Assembly: GCA_044229145.1 (NCBI GenBank)
Contig: JBGATO010000020.1
Location: 1-54,864 of the forward strand
DNA length: 54,864 nt
DNA from: Candidatus Eiseniibacteriota bacterium
Lineage (GTDB): Bacteria; Eisenbacteria; RBG-16-71-46; CAZEPH01
Reading direction: 5' to 3'
In this document: piece by piece, positions 9,908-20,823 of the stretch
Position numbering within the stretch: position 1 is the stretch's first letter
Layout: each line of letters opens with the position of its first letter
The notes under the pieces: model-generated
Database searches by the model: none
Told to the model about the DNA's origin: nothing
Seen by the model: the letters and a program-made list of their open reading frames with translations, nothing else
Position numbers and translations under genes: made by a program

Positions 9908-12584
9908 ATGTCTCCTATGCCTAGCGAATGGAGCACTCCACGCCGCCAGCCAGCGCGGGCTCTCAACACCGTCGACTGTCCGACGAGGCTCTCAGGCTGC
10001 ATTGCCGTGATTCTGGTCGCGGTGTGCGCGGGGGGACTTGCCCCCGCAGCGCACGCCAGGGACGGCGGTCAGCTTCCGCTCCGAGCGTCGGAGGCAACTG
10101 TGCCGCGGCCCTACGCACCGGCCTGGGAGGACTTTGTCGAGGCGCGGAGCATTCCCGGCGAGGCCTACCCTGCGAGTGTCGGCGATGCCTCGTGGTCTGC
10201 ACGCTTCCCCAGTCCTGGCGCGGACTCAACAGTGTACGCCCTGGATGCGCACGGCGACACGCTCGTCGTCGCCGGCGATTTCGATCAGTTGGGCACGCGC
10301 CCCTTCCACTCGATCGCGCTGTACGACGGCACTGCGTGGCGCGACCTGGGCGGGGGCTTTCCCGGCAGCGTGCGTGCGGTGTGCTGGTGGAACGGCCTGC
10401 TCGTCGCCGGGGGGACGTTCCGCGCGAGCGGGGGCGCGCCGGGAGACTACTTGGCACAGTGGGATGGCGTGGCGTGGCAATCCTGGCCCGTTCCCCTCGA
10501 TGGAGCGGTGTACGCATTGGCGGTCCATCAGGGAAACCTCGTGGCAGGTGGCAGCTTTCGCACGGCGTCGTCCGACTCACTTCACGGTGTGGCGGAGTGG
10601 GACGGGCAGGTGTGGCGGGCGTTTGGGAGCGGGATCTCGGGCGGCGCGGCAACCGCATACGCCCTGTTGTCCGATGGGGACAGTCTGTTCGTTGGCGGGC
10701 GGTTCGATCGCGCTGAGGGCGTACTCGCCCACAACATCGGGGTGTGGTCGGGCTCACACTGGTCGTCACTCGGGGCCGGCGTTGACACCCTCGGGCAAGT
10801 CTTTTCCTTGAAGCGTGCTGCGCCAGGCATTTGTGTCGGCGGATCCTTCGCGCGAGCAGGTGGGTTGCTGACTGGCGCCTTCGCATCGTGGGAATCTGGA
10901 GAATGGCACGACCTTCATGCGCGAAACATCTTCCACGCCCGTGCGGCATGCCAATACGGAGCGGAGACAATTGTGTGCGGCGGATTCGGGAAGGTGGATA
11001 CGGTCACGACCGCGAACCACATTGCCTCGTGGGAAGGCGTGAAGTGGCAGGCATTCGGAGCAGGGCTCTACAATCACGAAGCATACGGCTACTGGTATGA
11101 TGACATGGGCTACGCCCTCGCCGTCTACCGCGGCGCACTCTACGTCGGCGGCCACTTCACGCTGGCGGATTCGTTGGCGTCGCCGTGCCTCGCGCGGTGG
11201 GACGGACACGCGTGGTCCAGCGTGTCCGACGGCGACGGCCTCGCCTTCGACGCGGGGTGCTTTTTGCCGCGCGCCGATTCGTTGATCGTCGGCGGATCGT
11301 TCTTCAGCGCGGGCGACCAGCGCATCGGCTACATCGGCGCTTGGGACGGACAGCGGTGGTGGCCGCTCGGGCAAGGATTCAGTAGCGACGTCTACACCCT
11401 CGCCGAGTATCACGGCGACATCATCGCCGGGGGTGCGTTCGTGCAGGCGGACGGACAGGTCGCCAACGGGATCGCGCGCTGGGACGGCACGGCGTGGCAC
11501 CCGCTGGGCGAGAGCGCGACGCCGGGAATGAACAGTTGGGTCGTCGCCCTCACCGTGTGGCACGACACGCTTTACGCGGGCGGCTTTTTCACGAGCGTCG
11601 ATGGCAAGCCGATCGCGTACCTGGCGGCGTGGGATGGGACGCATTGGAGCGACCCAGGCGTCGGCGCAGATCAGTGGGTGAACGCGCTCGGCGTGTGGAA
11701 TGGCAAGCTCGTCGTCGGGGGAGCCTTCACGACGATTGGTGGCTCACCCGCGCAGTGCGTCGCGACGTGGGATGGCCACACGTGGGACACGCTGGCGGGC
11801 GGCCTCACGAGCTACGCGGGATGGTATACGCCGCGCGTGTATGCGGTCGCCGTCTACCAAGGCGACCTAGTGGCCGGCGGTGACTTCGACACCAGCGACC
11901 AGTTTGGCGACATGCGCCGGTTGGCGGCGTGGGACGGGACGCGGTGGCGCGAGTTGGGCATCAACGGACTCGAGTCGTACACGGGGTTGCGTCCCACATC
12001 GGTCATGGCGCTCGACGTGCAGGGAACGACGCTCACGGCGGCGGGCTACGTGACGCGCTTCGGACAGACGGCCGCGGCGCACATCGCACGCTGGGATGGC
12101 TCGACGTGGCGGGCGCTGGGGTCTGGCGTCTCGTTCTTCTATCCGTCGAATGGCGCCGTCTGGGCGTTGGCGACGTGGAAGGACAGCCCTATACGTGGGC
12201 GGCAACATCGTCCGCGCAGGCGGCAAGAAGTCGGACTACTGGGCACAATGGGACAATGCGGACTTGGCGGTGTCGGCGGTGCGCGACGAACAGCCGCCGG
12301 ATGCGGAGGATGTCTCCGGCGCTCTTGGTATCGTTGCACGGCGGACGACTGGTGGACTGCATTTCGACTGCCGTCTGCCGCGCTCTGGAGTGGGGCACGT
12401 GCGCATCGTCGACCTCGCCGGCCGCACCGTGGCCAGTTGCGGACCGGTGCGAGGCGAGAAGGCGCACACGACGTGGACGGGGCGAATGGCGCACGGCGCG
12501 TCCGCGCCGTCGGGCGTGTATCTCGCGACGTTGGAGATCGACGGTCACATCGTCGGGCGCGCGCGAGTGTTGTGGATGCGATGA
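9908..12584 (+). CDS. Secreted multi-blade beta-propeller protein (GGxF...A-x-WDG-x-x-W repeats, Rax2-like) with FlgD-Ig/T9SS-like CTD; one frameshift at about 12189
   Basis: Signal-like IAVILVAVCAGGLAPAAHA; about 14 repeats. Removing one C from AGCCCTATAC restores WKDSLYVGG and joins ...DLAGRTV...APSGVYLATL...RVLWMR. Start uncertain. Confidence 0.8.
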
Positions 12585-12609
12585 GAAGTCGAGGTGGCGC
12601 GGACGGACC

Positions 12610-13633
12610 TCAGCGAATAGCGTCCGTCCAGCGGCCTGCGTCGTCGAACAGCGCGCAGTTTTCCCACGACGACGGCGCGCGCGGTGCGCTGATCGCGGCG
12701 GCGCCCCAGTAGAGCGTCCCGGCGGCGCCGGACCGCCGCACCGTCGACACGAACGCACGTTGGCTGTCGCGCGACGGCGGGAACTCCGCGAGACACTGCG
12801 ACGGCATGCCGACGAGGTTGTGCCGCGCGTCCTGCCATGCGAGCGTCCACGGGTAGGCGGTCTCGGCGATCCATACGGGCTCGCGGCGGCGCGGCCGAGC
12901 GCCGCGATCGTCCCGCGCAGCGCGGCGAGCGGTCCGTGCCACCACGGATAGTAGGACACCGCCCAGGCATCGGGCCGCACGCCGTGCAGCGCCGCCTGCC
13001 GCGCGAACGCCACGCAACGTGCGCTATCGCCGCCGGCGTCGAGATGCAAGACGGTGACGACGGTGTCGCCGCCCGCCGCGTCGCGCACGCCGGCGAGACC
13101 GGCGGCGAGCAGCCGCGCGAGACGCGGCCAGTCCGCATCGCTGTGGAGTCGTCCTGCCGGCCACAGCATGCCGTTCGTGATCTCGTTGCCCACTTGCACG
13201 AACGACGGGTGCACCGCCGCGATCGCGTCACGCACCGAGGCGCGCAGCGACTCGGCGAGCGTCGAATCCGCGAGGTCCCGCCACGCGCGCGGTGGCGTTT
13301 GGCGTGACGGATCCGCCCACGTGTCGCTGCAATGGAGATCGAGCCACACCTGCATGCCGGCCGCCCGCGCCCGGGCCGCGAGCCGCGTCGCGCCCGCGAG
13401 GTCGAGCCCGTCGTCCGACTCCGGCGTGTGCCACACGCGCACCGCGCGACCGTCACGCCGTGATGCGCCGCGATGACGGGGGATCGCCCGGCGTGCCGTC
13501 GACCTCGCGGAACACCGCGCCGCCTGCCTCGGCGCGCGGCACGTCGGGAGAAGTCCGCGCCGACGCGCTCCTGCGCGACGGCCGCGCGTGCGAGCAGCAG
13601 GCACGCGAGCGCGCACGCCCGCAGCACGCTCAC
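12610..13633 (-). pseudogene. GH53 arabinogalactan endo-1,4-beta-galactanase, frameshifted as written (about 4 indels)
   Basis: Signal peptide, GADFS, RVWHTP, LDLHCSDTWADP, VQVGNEITNGMLW (acid/base), SYYPWWHG, WIAETAYP (nucleophile), SSWENCALFD across several frames; GTG 13633 overlaps the upstream stop. Confidence 0.85.
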
Positions 13634-15878
13634 ACGCGCGCCGGCTCCACCGCGGGCACCGGTGCCAGCGCGCGCAACACCAGCACCGTGCAGTCGTCGC
13701 CTGGCTCTGCGTCGCCGATCCACGCGGCGACTTCCGCCATCAGATGCTCGGCGATTTCCCGCGCGCTCGCGTCCGCGGGCAACGCCGCCACGCACTCCGC
13801 CAACCGCTCCTCGCCGAACTGCTCGTTCGCCGCGTTCACCGCTTCGCTCAAGCCGTCGGTGAAGAACACCAGGCGATCGCCGACGGTGAACGGCAGCGTC
13901 ACTTCTTCGAAGTCGAAGCCGTCCTGAATTCCGAGCAGGATGCCGCCACGGTCGAGCGCGACGCGCGATCCGTCGGTGCGCATCAGCACCGGATAGTTGT
14001 GGCCGGCGTTCGTGAACGTCACGCTGCGCGCGTGCGCATCGACGCGCGCCAGCACGAACGTCGCGAACTGTTCGATTGCCGTGCTGCGGTAGACCAGTGC
14101 GTTGGTGCGGGCGACGATCTCGCGCACGCTGGCGCCACCGCCGGCCTGCGTGCGCACCGCGGCCTGCAACATCGACGACAAGAGCGCTGCCGGCACGCCC
14201 TTGCCGCTGACGTCGGCGATGGCGAGGAAGAACGCGCCGTCGTCGGCCACCACGAGGTCGTAGAGATCGCCGCCGACGTGTTTCGCCGGAATCGACTGCG
14301 CGAACACGTCGAAGCCGGGCAGCGCCGGGAAGTCGGAGAGCAGGAACGTGCGCTGGATGCGCCGCGCGAGTTCGAGTTCCTCCTCGAATCGCGCCACCTC
14401 GACGCGCGAGCGCACGAGGAACGCGTTCTGCAGCGACACCGCCATCTGCCGCGCCAGCGAAGCGAGCAGCTGCACGTCTTCGCTGGTGAACGAGGTGCGC
14501 GTGTGCTTGTCCCCGAGCAGCAGCACGCCGAACACTTCGTCGCGGGCGCGCAGCGGAATCGCCAGGCGCGCGTGCAGCGCGCCCACCAGCAGACGGCGGC
14601 CGTCCATGTCGAGGCCCGGCGTCGGCTCGGTCAAGCGCAGCGCCGCGCGCTCGAGCGGCAGGCGCCGCAGCGTCTCGCGCAACGCCGCCGTCTGCGCGGC
14701 GTCCGGCGCGTCGCCAGCGCCGGTGCGCACCAGCACGCCGTCGCCCGGCGGCAGCGCCACGATGTGCGCGTCGCGCAGCAGCAGCGCGTCGGCAATCGTC
14801 TCGATGGAATGCCCGAGCAGTTCGTCGAGGTCGAGCGTCGTCAGCACGTCCGCGCCGAGCTGCCGCAGCACGTTGCGATAGTCCGACGGATCGCGCAGGA
14901 ACGCCTTCTCGAGCAGTTCCTCCAACCGCGCGATGGCCGGCTGGAACAAGATCAGCGCGACCACCAGGAAGACCGGCTCCAGCACGTTGGCATCCCAGTG
15001 CGTGACGCGAATCAGCCACGCGCGCACCTGCGAGATGACGCCGAGATACACGCCGACCAGCACCGCGCACGCCACCGCGTACAAGATGCCGCGCCGCGCC
15101 AGCAGCTTCGCGTCGAGGAAGACATGCACGATCGCGTAGGCGATCGACCCCGAGCCGACGGTGAGCGCGGTGAGCACCAAGACGGCGCGCATCGCGTCAT
15201 TGAGCCGCACGTCGAACAACAGCGGCAGCGACGACGCGCTGATGTAGCACGCGAGGCACGCCACCAGCCCGGTGCCGATCGTCCGCAACTGGTGGCGGAT
15301 GCGATCCACTTCACCGCGCGATACGATGCCGCCAGCACGCCGGCCGTGGCGACGCCGTAGCCGATGTTGACCAGCGAGAACAGCCAGCGGTGTGCGCTCA
15401 GCATCAATCCGGCACCGACGTTGAGCAGCGAGACCACCGCGTCCATCGACTCCCAATCGTGCGGGAGACGGATCACCGGCCGGCCGTGCGACACCCACGC
15501 CAGCGCGGTCAGCCCGAGGTGGACGGCAGACGGCGCGAAGACTAATGTCCCAAAATTGCGCACGCGGCCGACCACCGAGTGCTCGTCGGGATAGATACAG
15601 GCGAACAGCAAGAGTGTCGGAAAGAAGAACTCCCACAGCGGCGAAAGATTCTCGAACAGCGCTACCTGCACCGCCTTCTGCGCCGCGGTGTGCGCGCCGT
15701 GACTGGCGAGGAACGACAGACCGCCGATGATCGACCCGAGTCCGCCGAAGAACAGCATGAGCGCGACGACGCGATTGAGCTGCTGGCGCGGATTCTCGCG
15801 CAGGATCAGCAGCCCGAGGAGGAAAACCAGCCCTCCCAGGCAGAAGTTGATGGTGGAGAGGAACGTGGTGGAAATCAT
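13630..15878 (-). CDS. Membrane sensor phosphatase: N-terminal 7TM-like domain + GAF + SpoIIE/PP2C (RsbU-like); one frameshift at about 15310
   Basis: EEELELARRIQ, VGGDLYD, IADVSGKGVPAA, TNAGH, FTDGLSEA, DDCT; GAF signature GVLLLGDK...FTSEDVQLL; multi-TM N-terminus MISTTFLS... in the adjacent frame. Confidence 0.88.
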
Positions 15879-15977
15879 CGGAGCGAGGGCTCCTCGCGTC
15901 GTGGCCGGGACCGCGCGGCACATGCCACGCCGAGGTCCGAGCGTAGTCTCCGGGGTGACCCGCGGGGCGTCAAGCGA

Positions 15978-17030
15978 ATGAGCGCCCCGCGTGGTGCCGC
16001 CGCGCGCGACCGCTTCCGCGTCTCGCTTGGCTGGGTGGCGCGTCTGGCGGCGTTGTGGTTCCTGTTCGCCGTCGTCAGCCACGGGGTGAACGTCGCCTGC
16101 GGGCTGCCGGTGCGCATCGCGGCCGCGCTCGGCGGGGTGGCGCGCGCGCTCGGGATCGCCTCGCAGGTCACTGGCGACACCGTGATTCTGCCCGCCTATC
16201 GCCTGCGCATCATCGAGGAGTGTACGGGGTTGTCACTGGCAGGGGCGATGGCGGCGTTCGCGTTGGTCGCGCCGTTCGCCTGGAAGACGCGGGCGCGCGG
16301 CGTGGTGTTGCTGGCCGGCGTGGCATTGGTCTGGAACGCGCTTCGGCTGGTGGCGATGTTGTGGGTGGTGCGGGTGGCGCCGCAGCGCGCGGCGTTCGTG
16401 CACGATGTCGTCTGGCAAGTCGGGACGGTGCTGGTGTTGCTCGGCTCGGCGGCGTGGTGGATGCGCACGGCCGAGCGGGAATGGGGCGCGATCGTCTGGG
16501 CGGCGCTGCGCGGCGTCGCAGCCGCTGGCGTCGGCGTGCTCCTCTGGCACCTCACGCCGCTGTCCGCGCTCTATGGCCGCCTGCTCGCCGGTGGCGTGCG
16601 CTGGGTGTTGGCGATCGGCCTCGGCCGTCCCACGCGGCTGGTGGACGCGCCGCCGGAGATGGCGCCGGGGCTCGTGATCCTCGTGGCCTCGTCGGGTACC
16701 GGACGGCCGGGCTGCTGCTGATTTCTGGTGCGCACGGCGCAGTCGGCGTCTGCATGGTGGTGTTTGTAGCGCTGCTCGTGGCCTGGGGCGTGTGGCCGGC
16801 GGCGCGGCGGCGTGGCGCGTCGCGGCGGCCGGAGCGCTGCTGGTGCTGCAGGTGGCGGCGATCGCCGCGCCGTGGCAAGGTCAGCCGGCGCGCCGGGTGG
16901 CTCGAACCGGCCTTCAGGTGGTTGGCGGAGTCCGGCGCGACGCTGGTGCTGCCGGCGCTCGCCTGGGCGTGGGTGCTATGGGGCGAGCCGGCGGCGAGGG
17001 CATTCGCCCCGCGCCGCTGGGCTCGCCGCC
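15978..17030 (+). CDS. Exosortase/archaeosortase family protein with fused C-terminal membrane domain; frameshifts after about 16690, 3' end approximate
   Basis: Catalytic triad IIEECTG (Cys), WNALRL (Arg), FVHDVVWQ (His) in a multi-TM protein; hydrophobic segments continue in other frames beyond TGA 16721. Confidence 0.82.
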
Positions 17031-17039
17031 ATGCTGGAG

Positions 17040-18179
17040 AAACACGGCCATCCATCCGCCAACTGCCCTCGATCGTCGCTCGGGAACCCTCGACGAACAC
17101 CGGAATGTCGAGCGCCAGCTCCGCGGCGGCGCGGCGCGTGACCTGACCGCGGCCGACATCGCGACCAGCGTCGCCGGGAACGCGGTGGTGCGCGACATCG
17201 AGCTGAGGCCGGTCTTCTCGTCGTGGTAGTCGAGCATCTCGCCGACCACACGCACGCGTGTGCCGTCCGCCTTCGTCCCGACCGCCGAGATCAGCATGAC
17301 GACGAGGTCGAGGTCGTCGTTCTCGAGCCGCGGGCTGGACACCGTCGCGACGACGTCGCGCGGGCTCACCATGACGCCCCCGACGTTGACCTTCTCGCGG
17401 TCGAGCAGGCCGAGCAGCGCGAGGCCGCGCCAGATCTGCACGTGGCCCGGGTAGCGCAGCGTCTTGTAGTCGAGGTCGCGGACGCGGCCGCGTAGCGTGC
17501 GGGTCAACGTGGACGACCCGCCGCTGGTGACGAACGCTTCGAGGCGGCCGAGCGGCGCGAAGTCGACTTCCTCGACATCGACGAGACATTCGCTGATGAC
17601 TTCCTCGCCGCCGCGCAAGAGGCGCGCGGGCTCGACGTATTCGTTGATCAACCCGTGGATCGAGAACACGCGCTTGTAGCCGAGCGGCGGGACCGGGTGC
17701 TGCGGCAGGCCGCCGACGCGGATCGTCAGCACGTCCACCGATGGCATGTCGCGGATCGCGTGCACCGCGAGCACGTTCGCCATGCCGGGGGCGAGGCCGC
17801 AGTCCGGCACCAGCGAGACGCCAGCGGCTTGCGCGTCGGCGTCCATCGCCAGGATCGCGTCGACGACGTCGTTGTTGCCGCCGAGATCGCAGAAGTGGCA
17901 GTGCTGCGCGATCGCGGTGCGGGCGAGGGCTTCGTTGAGGAAGTACGGCACCGCGCTCAAGCAGGTGTCGGCCTCGGCCATGAGCGGTGCGACGGTGGCC
18001 GGGTTGGCGGCGTCGATCTGTACCGCGCGGCCCTTGCCGCCGGTGCGCGTGGCGGCGACCTGCTGCGCGCGCGCGAGATCCTGGTCGGCGACGATGACTT
18101 CGGTCACGTCGGCCTGGTTGGCGAGATCGAAGATGCCGGCTTCGCCCTGGATGCCGGCGCCGAGAACCAATGCGCGCAT
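17040..18179 (-). CDS. Saccharopine dehydrogenase / lysine 6-dehydrogenase family protein; frameshift near 17145, 3' end approximate
   Basis: VLGAGIQG, DLGGN, DCGLAPG, VGGLP, FSIHGLINEY, YKTLRYPGH, MSRTTAFP; SD GGAGG. Confidence 0.9.
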
Positions 18180-18340
18180 GTCGTCCTCCGTCGAGTGAAT
18201 GGGGAAGCCGCGAGGATGCCGGAGCGCCGCGCGTGCGGTCAACCGGACCGCGCGTGCCGGGCGCCTTGCCGCCGGGCCGCGCGGTGCCGTACCGTGCGCC
18301 CCGCCGCGGCGTGGCGCCGCCGGCATCACCGGAGGTCGCG

Positions 18341-18847
18341 ATGGATCCGCGCGCGCTGTGCCGCTACAACCTGTTCGTGCGTCCCGCCTACGTGGACGCG
18401 GTGCTCGGCCTCGGCTGGGAGGAGGCGTCGCGCGATCGCGGCGCGTCGTTCGGGTCGCTGAGCAACATCCTGGTGCACATCTGGGATGTCGAGAACTGGC
18501 ACTTCCACCACGTCGTGCAGGGCCGCGCCGCCGAGGCGCCGGACTGGGGCGACTACGAGGACTTCGACTCGCTCGACAAGGTGCTGGCGGTGCGCGCCGA
18601 CATCGAGGCGAAGACGGCGGCGTTCCTCGACGGCATCAGCGACGCCGACCTCGCGCGGCCGGTGCGCTACGAGTTCGCGGACCGGCCGGCGTCGTCGTAT
18701 CCGCTCGGCGAGGTGCTGGTGCACGTCGCCACCGAGGAAGTGCACCACCGCGGCGAGTTGATCGCGCTCTTGTGGCAGATGGGCATCGAGCCACCGCCGA
18801 TGACCTACCTGCGCTACCAGCGTCACCTGCAGGGCGTGCCGCTGTAG
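18341..18847 (+). CDS. DinB family protein
   Basis: YN...SFGSLSNILVHIWDVE...LVHVATEEVHHRGELIALLWQMG; SD GGAGG. Confidence 0.88.
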   Translation: MDPRALCRYNLFVRPAYVDAVLGLGWEEASRDRGASFGSLSNILVHIWDVENWHFHHVVQGRAAEAPDWGDYEDFDSLDKVLAVRADIEAKTAAFLDGISDADLARPVRYEFADRPASSYPLGEVLVHVATEEVHHRGELIALLWQMGIEPPPMTYLRYQRHLQGVPL

Positions 18848-19551
18848 TGGCGACGCTGCGGCAGCGCCGGCGGATTCCCACCGGCGGCGCGCACGTCGAC
18901 GCCGTCGTGCATCGGCCGCGCACGCTGCCGGCGCGCGGCGGCCCGACGGTGCTCGTCCTCGCGCACGGCGCGGGCGGCGACATGCACCACGCGCTGCTGG
19001 TTGCCGTCGCGGAGCGGTGCGCGGCGGACGGCGCGATCGTCGTGCGCGTCAACTTCCCGTACACGACCGCCGGCCGCCGCGCGCCGGATCGCATGCCGGT
19101 GCTCGAACGCACGCTGCACGACGTGGTCGCGTGGGTGCGGCGGCAGCGGACGTGGCGGGCGCGCCGCGTGGTGGTGGGTGGCAAGTCGATGGGCGGGCGC
19201 GCGGCGAGCCGGTGCGTCGCGGCGGAGGGCGATGCGCGCCTCGCCGCCGACGGTCTCGTGCTCCTCGGCTATCCGCTGCACCCGAGCGGCGAGACGGCGA
19301 CGTTGCGCGTCGAGCACCTCGCGGCGATTCCGGTGCCGTCGCTATTCGTCCAAGGCACGCGCGACACGTTGTGCGATCTCGCGCTCTTGCTGCCGGCGCT
19401 TGCCGCCGTCGACGCGCCGGTGTCGCTGCACATCGTGCACGGCGGCGATCACTCGTTCCACGTGCCGGTGCGCACCTGCCGCGGCGACGAAGAGGTCTAC
19501 GCCGAAATCGCCGCCGCCGTCTCCGCATGGGTGCGGACCACGGTCGCCTAG
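18847..19551 (+). CDS. Alpha/beta hydrolase (KANL3/Tex30-like)
   Basis: LAHGAGG, nucleophile GKSMGG, LGYPLHP, QGTRD, GGDHSF; GTG overlaps the DinB stop. Confidence 0.9.
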   Translation: MATLRQRRRIPTGGAHVDAVVHRPRTLPARGGPTVLVLAHGAGGDMHHALLVAVAERCAADGAIVVRVNFPYTTAGRRAPDRMPVLERTLHDVVAWVRRQRTWRARRVVVGGKSMGGRAASRCVAAEGDARLAADGLVLLGYPLHPSGETATLRVEHLAAIPVPSLFVQGTRDTLCDLALLLPALAAVDAPVSLHIVHGGDHSFHVPVRTCRGDEEVYAEIAAAVSAWVRTTVA

Positions 19552-20498
19552 CTGAGATCCTCGCCGGCGGCCTGTGCCTCGTGCCAGTGCTTCGTCACGT
19601 CGAGCCAGAACACCAGGCCGGCGTGGCGGCCGAACTTGCGATACGCGCGTTCGATGGTGGCGTCCTTGAGCGGACGCGTGGCGCCGCGTCCGCCGTTGTG
19701 TACGCGCGTGGCGTAGACGACACGATTCCACGAGTCGAGCCCGAGGTAATCGTTGCGTCCGAGAATCCGCAGCAAGTTGTCGGCGACGTACGGGCCGCAG
19801 CCGGGCAGCGCGATGATCGCCTTGCGCGCCGCCGCCGCGTCGTCGTGCGAGAGAATGTGCGCGTCGAGATCCAGCGCGCCGCTCGCCACCGCGGCCGACA
19901 ACTTCACGAGCGATGCGCTGCGATAGCCGGCCTTGATCGTCTCGCGGTAGAACGACTCGGGCTGTCGTGCCATCGCTGCCGGTGTCGGAAACGCGCGTGC
20001 GCCGTCCGCCAGCTTCACGCCGAGCTCGTCCACCAGCCGCTGCGTCATCAGTTCGGTGAGCGTCCACGTGCAGTTGGTGGTGAGGATCAACTTGACGATG
20101 TCCTCCCACAGCGTCGCCGCGCGCAGGAAGCGGCCGGCGCCGCGCTCGGCGATCCACGCGCGCTCCGCATCGCCGTGCAGCAGCGCGTAGAGTGACGACA
20201 GATCGCTGTCGAGCGCGAGGATGCGGCGGGCGACGGCGGTCAGCGCCGACTTGTCGGCGGCGTCGAGCGTCGTGGATTCGGCGGTCACGCGGAGGGCCGG
20301 CGTCTCGCCGGTGTCCGGCCGCATCGTCAGCCGTGCGGCGCGCCGTTCGCCGAGCGCGACGACGGTACTCAGCGTGAGCGTGCCATCGTCATACGAAAAC
20401 GGCGCGAGGTGCGGCCAGCCGTGGCTGCGCACGGTGACGGCCATCGCGAAGCCGTCGGGAAGCGGAAGGGTCCAAGTGCGTCGCATGCGGGGCATCAT
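19548..20498 (-). CDS. HhH-GPD DNA glycosylase (AlkA/OGG1-like)
   Basis: SHGWPHLAPF, WEDIVKLILTTNCTW, FPTPAAMA, GYRS, HhH LPGCGPYVAD, LDSW. Confidence 0.85.
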   Translation of the reverse strand: MMPRMRRTWTLPLPDGFAMAVTVRSHGWPHLAPFSYDDGTLTLSTVVALGERRAARLTMRPDTGETPALRVTAESTTLDAADKSALTAVARRILALDSDLSSLYALLHGDAERAWIAERGAGRFLRAATLWEDIVKLILTTNCTWTLTELMTQRLVDELGVKLADGARAFPTPAAMARQPESFYRETIKAGYRSASLVKLSAAVASGALDLDAHILSHDDAAAARKAIIALPGCGPYVADNLLRILGRNDYLGLDSWNRVVYATRVHNGGRGATRPLKDATIERAYRKFGRHAGLVFWLDVTKHWHEAQAAGEDLS

Positions 20499-20519
20499 CG
20501 CCGCTCCGCGCGTTCGGCG

Positions 20520-20786
20520 CTAGCCCGCGGCGCGCATCTTTCGCACGCGGCCGCCGAGGAACTGGCCGCCGAAGAACGCGGCGACGAACACCGGCAGCAA
20601 GATCAACTTGAGGCCAAGGCCGCTCGCCATCCGCAACGCGATCGACAACGGCACCGGCAGGTGCACGGCGACGAACCACGCCGGCGAGAACTTGCGCACG
20701 CCGGCGCGCCAGTAGCCGAACGGCACGTTGAGCAGCAGGACGAGCGACGCGACGATCCAGACGTTGTGGATGGGCAGGTGGGGCAT
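20520..20786 (-). CDS. Conserved small membrane protein (88 aa)
   Basis: MPHLPIHNVW...NVPFGYWRAGVRKFSPAWFVAVHLPVP...GQFLGGR; three hydrophobic segments; GC3-rich codons; TATACT 6 nt upstream. Confidence 0.8.
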   Translation of the reverse strand: MPHLPIHNVWIVASLVLLLNVPFGYWRAGVRKFSPAWFVAVHLPVPLSIALRMASGLGLKLILLPVFVAAFFGGQFLGGRVRKMRAAG

Positions 20787-20792
20787 CGTCCG

Positions 20793-20798
20793 AGTATA
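20793..20798 (-). promoter_or_regulatory. -10 box of a leaderless transcript
   Basis: TATACT-cggacg-ATG(20786), no SD. Confidence 0.5.
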
Positions 20799-20823
20799 CA
20801 CGCGGCCGGCCGGCTGGCGCGCC

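Noticed and set aside
12190..12712. C-terminus of the 949-aa ORF as given
   Set aside because: Out-of-frame read-through after the indel at about 12189; the real end is 12584.
12180..17160. Programmed frameshifting
   Set aside because: Too many sites in unrelated genes and no slippery heptamers recognised.
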